64,000 nucleotides of DNA from Ignavibacteriota bacterium. GTDB lineage: Bacteria > Bacteroidota > Ignavibacteria > UBA10030. A program made the position numbers and the translations under genes. The DNA is taken from assembly GCA_963701295.1 (NCBI GenBank), contig OY969585.1:2432001-2496000 (forward strand), in the 5' to 3' direction. Positions 61,005 through 64,000 of this stretch are shown one piece after another; the first letter of the stretch is position 1; every line of letters starts with the position of its first letter. A model generated the notes under the pieces. The model saw nothing but the letters and a program-made list of their open reading frames with translations, did no database searches and was not told the DNA's origin.

Positions 61005-61508
61005 ATGAACACAATAGCTAGGCGGCTTGGATTGTTAGTATTCACGCTTTACATCGCGTGTATCGTATTCGCAAATGCTCAAATAAATCCTCATGGCAAA
61101 CCAATGGATACTAAGGTGGGGGCAATTGAGCACTATGCCCTCTGGCAAGATCATGGCGGGTGGCATCTCCGGACGATGACAAAGAAATTCGAACACCACT
61201 TCCGCGGAGTTATATCAGTAAAGGGAGGAGAATTCGTTGAGGTAAAGGGCTTCAAACTTGAACGGAGAGGACCACAAAGAGACTTATTCATCGAAGGCCC
61301 AGAGCACCATGTTATCAATTTTGACTTCTCGACCAAAGGGGGGATTGATGGTGTGGATTTCCGCGTAAAGGGAAAGGAACCTATGCTCTCCTTCACATTA
61401 ATGATCGGAGAGAAAGAGCCGAAATTTGAACCAGGCCGAATCTTCATCGGGAAAAATGGAAATCATCCATCATTCAACCCGTTCGAACTTCCTGCACACG
61501 GCAAGTAG
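61005..61508 (+). CDS. Secreted hypothetical protein
   Basis: AGGAG RBS, signal peptide; W.D.GGWHLR and DGVDF motifs. Confidence 0.8.
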   Translation: MNTIARRLGLLVFTLYIACIVFANAQINPHGKPMDTKVGAIEHYALWQDHGGWHLRTMTKKFEHHFRGVISVKGGEFVEVKGFKLERRGPQRDLFIEGPEHHVINFDFSTKGGIDGVDFRVKGKEPMLSFTLMIGEKEPKFEPGRIFIGKNGNHPSFNPFELPAHGK

Positions 61509-61744
61509 AAACAACAAGGTTTAATAATCCCTGTAGCCTATGTGATACTGTGGAAGAGGTAGTATAATGTGTTCGAGTTCAAATGCACGATCAATAAAGA
61601 CCTCGTTAAAGTCGCACATTAGAGTCTGTAATTCTATCTGCAATGAATGAACTTGGATCGTTGTGGCAGTTTAGTTGCAGATAGGTATCTGCTTCGATTT
61701 TCTAATAGATCAATTTGCTAAAAAGAAGAAAGGATCACGTTTTA

Positions 61745-62521
61745 ATGTCAACTCGTGGACTTCATTGGATTATAGTCTTTTGTTGTATATGTCTGTATTC
61801 CTGCCATCATGCCACTGAAAATAATTCTCCTATTACATTTAATCATTCACTACCGGCGCTGACCGTGCCATGGACAAGTCAAAACTCTATAGTTTGTTTT
61901 GGCACAAGTCTTACTTATGGTTATGGCGCGGGAGGGAAGGGAGAACCACCAGGCCCAATTTGGGCAGGTTCTACAGGAAACAATACCGCTGTTGTCGATT
62001 CATCGTATCCGAGGTTTCTTCAGGAAGAGCTACGGATTAACGTTTTTAACCAAGGATATGTGGGAGCTCGGGCATCCTATGGAATAACTTTGCTTAACGA
62101 TAGTGTCCTTTCAAAAAAACCTGTACTCGTTTTCTTGGAATTCAGAGCAGATGAGTTTTTACAAGGAGTTGCAGCACATGATGTAGATTCTGTTTTGAGT
62201 TTGCTTGTTGTTGACATTGCACAGTCGGGTTCGCAAGTTATTCTTCTGAGTTTTGTCAATCCAGACATGACGAGGTTCATGGGAAGCGGATACTGGACAA
62301 CTCAGGATTCAATCCGAGCAATTGAATATTATAACATGTTATCTAATCTGTCAATTCGTTATTCGCTTCCATTCATTGATTATCCGCTTCGGGGAGTGTT
62401 TGGCTATCCACAATTGATGTCTGACAACTTACATCCCAACGGTGCTGGTTACAAAATAATGGAAGAGAATATTTTTCAAGCACTTAGTGCAACATTTCAA
62501 AAAAACGGAATGCTAAAATAG
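61745..62521 (+). CDS. SGNH/GDSL hydrolase lipoprotein
   Basis: Lipobox LYSC; FGTSLTYG (block I), DNLHPN (block V). Confidence 0.88.
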   Translation: MSTRGLHWIIVFCCICLYSCHHATENNSPITFNHSLPALTVPWTSQNSIVCFGTSLTYGYGAGGKGEPPGPIWAGSTGNNTAVVDSSYPRFLQEELRINVFNQGYVGARASYGITLLNDSVLSKKPVLVFLEFRADEFLQGVAAHDVDSVLSLLVVDIAQSGSQVILLSFVNPDMTRFMGSGYWTTQDSIRAIEYYNMLSNLSIRYSLPFIDYPLRGVFGYPQLMSDNLHPNGAGYKIMEENIFQALSATFQKNGMLK

Positions 62522-62526
62522 CTGCC

Positions 62527-62707
62527 GCCTAACCTGCGGATCAAGCTGACGGTAAAAGCGCGAGTGCATTTTGCATTGCGCGTAGAGGTCAAGTGCAGAA
62601 TTGAAAGTGAAGTGAATGAACTTGGTTCGTTTAGTACATTATGGAAATTATCAGCGCCGCAGCTTACTTGTCCGCCGTCTTTTGGGCGGAGCGCCAGTCC
62701 GTTAGGC
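62527..62707 (+). repeat. attC 27 with 24-bp hairpin insertion
   Basis: GCCTAAC...GCAGCTTA[62667-62690]GCGCCAGTCCGTTAGGC. Confidence 0.88.
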
Positions 62708-62738
62708 GTATTTTTTAATAAAATAAAAGGAATATTCT

Positions 62739-63413
62739 ATGAAAAACTTCTTTTGGGCTCTATTTGCTTTTTGTGTTGTTACCGCACATGCTCAGCAAAA
62801 TCAAAAATATATAACTATAAATGGAACATCCGAGCTTATACGCTCAGCTGATCAAATTAATTTTACTGTTCAAATAAAAATAATTGACGTGACTGTTGAG
62901 GAAAGTAAAAGAACTAATGACAAATATCTAAATGAATTATTGACAATATTAAAAAATATAGGATTCAATTCTAACGATATAGAAGTATCATCAATAATAC
63001 TTGGAAAAAATTATGAGGTTATAAGCGGAGAAAGAAAACAAAAAGGGTTTTACACAGAAGTACATGTCTCTTTCTTACTTAGGGATTTATCAAAATATTA
63101 TGAACTTACCAATAGAATAGCATCAAGTAATGCTTTTGAAATTGTAAACTCAAGTTATAATATTTCGGATTATGAACTTCAGTATAAATTGGCATATGAA
63201 AAAGCTTTGAAAGCAGCTAAGGATAAAGCAGAATACATGACACAAACCTTAGGACTAAAATTGGGAGATGTTTTAGAAATTGATGAAAATAATAATTGGC
63301 AAAGTTATTCTGCTACATCGAATACTATTACAAGAGAAAATTCACCAACTAGTGATATTTCTGGGAAAGTTACAATCCGAAGAAGCGTAAGAGTCAAGTT
63401 TGCTATAAATTAA
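62739..63413 (+). CDS. Cassette: SIMPL (DUF541) protein
   Basis: Signal peptide; ITING.S, AL.AAK.KA.....LG..LG.V..I.E. Confidence 0.9.
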   Translation: MKNFFWALFAFCVVTAHAQQNQKYITINGTSELIRSADQINFTVQIKIIDVTVEESKRTNDKYLNELLTILKNIGFNSNDIEVSSIILGKNYEVISGERKQKGFYTEVHVSFLLRDLSKYYELTNRIASSNAFEIVNSSYNISDYELQYKLAYEKALKAAKDKAEYMTQTLGLKLGDVLEIDENNNWQSYSATSNTITRENSPTSDISGKVTIRRSVRVKFAIN

Positions 63414-63419
63414 AAATAC

Positions 63420-63576
63420 ACCTAACCAGGCGCTCAAGCTGACGGAGTGAGCGTAGGTGCATTTTGCATTGCGCGTAGAGGTCAAGTGCAGAATTGAAAG
63501 TGAAGTGAATGAACTTGGTTCGTTTAGTACATTATGGAAGTTATCAGTGCTGCAGCTTAGCGCCGATCCGTTAGGC
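63420..63576 (+). repeat. attC 28
   Basis: ACCTAAC...GTTAGGC. Confidence 0.9.
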
Positions 63577-63655
63577 AGACGCATCAAAATATGTTTTTGT
63601 AATATCTATTTGAGGGCAGGTCACCACAGACGCTTTCCTTGATCTACCTTTGATG

Positions 63656-64000
63656 TTACTTCAGCAACATCATCTTCTTTGTTAACACTGTGCTTCCAGC
63701 TTCTAATTTATAGAAATAAACACCGCTAGCAAAGTTCTTTGCATCAAAAGTAATGGTCTGAGATCCAGCATTCCTCGTTCCATTTACCAATACTGCAACT
63801 TGCTCTCCTAATAAATTATAAACTGCAAGCCTTACTTTCTCAGTTTTTGCAAGTTCGAAAGTAATTTTTGTGGATGGGTTGAAAGGATTCGGATAGTTCT
63901 GTTCCAGTTTGTAGCTACTGACGACAGACGATGGTTTCCCATTTACGCCCGTAACAATCGCGGAACCCAGCTTTGCATAACCCCAAATGCCTGCATTTGC
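63656..64000 (-). CDS. 3' end of a T9SS C-terminal domain protein (partial)
   Basis: Manual translation ...YKLEQNYPNPFNPS...TKKMMLLK*; not in the ORF track. Confidence 0.88.
   Translation of the reverse strand, partial: ANAGIWGYAKLGSAIVTGVNGKPSSVVSSYKLEQNYPNPFNPSTKITFELAKTEKVRLAVYNLLGEQVAVLVNGTRNAGSQTITFDAKNFASGVYFYKLEAGSTVLTKKMMLLK

Larger units (their letters stand above)
32821..63576 (+). mobile_element. Integron gene-cassette array (26 cassettes to 60442, interruption, then 2 more attC)
   Basis: 28 related attC sites (one truncated) each directly following co-oriented ORFs; consensus CCTAACCAGGCGCTCAAGCTGAC...GCCGCAGCTTAGCGCC..TCCGTTAGG. Confidence 0.95.

Noticed and set aside
33430-63576. 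CRISPR array
   Set aside because: Repeats are 150-200 bp imperfect palindromes separated by whole genes, and no cas genes are present; they are attC sites.
35160-63642. Recurrent short ORFs containing PNGPALSCG or LKRLERLVRQ-like text
   Set aside because: These are translations of attC repeats.

Overview
AT-rich bacterial DNA with many C-terminal 'QNYPNPFNP..T...KK.LLLK' secretion (T9SS) tails, pointing to an Ignavibacteria/Bacteroidota-Chlorobi type host (inference). Three parts. (1) 1-8.8 kb: partial cfa gene, secreted S8 protease, RsbU-like phosphatase and decayed integron-cassette relics. (2) 9.2-32.2 kb: a LacI-controlled galactan/galactose locus (TonB receptor, T9SS partner instead of SusD, galK, galT, an unknown 611-aa + Zn-ribbon pair, GH112, GH42, MFS, three GH53), bounded by a direct repeat. 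(3) 32.5-63.6 kb: a large integron cassette array with candidate Pc and attI, a 22-codon intI stump and 28 long (about 155-200 bp) attC sites. Two attC sites are split by IS110/IS1111 copies whose non-coding end contains a readable bridge RNA with attC-matching and donor-matching guides. Further points of interest: four gene-less cassettes sharing one long-range stem architecture, cassette-specific extended terminal inverted repeats, and a 24-bp hairpin inserted at the same attC position twice. All coordinates were read by eye and no database searches were run.
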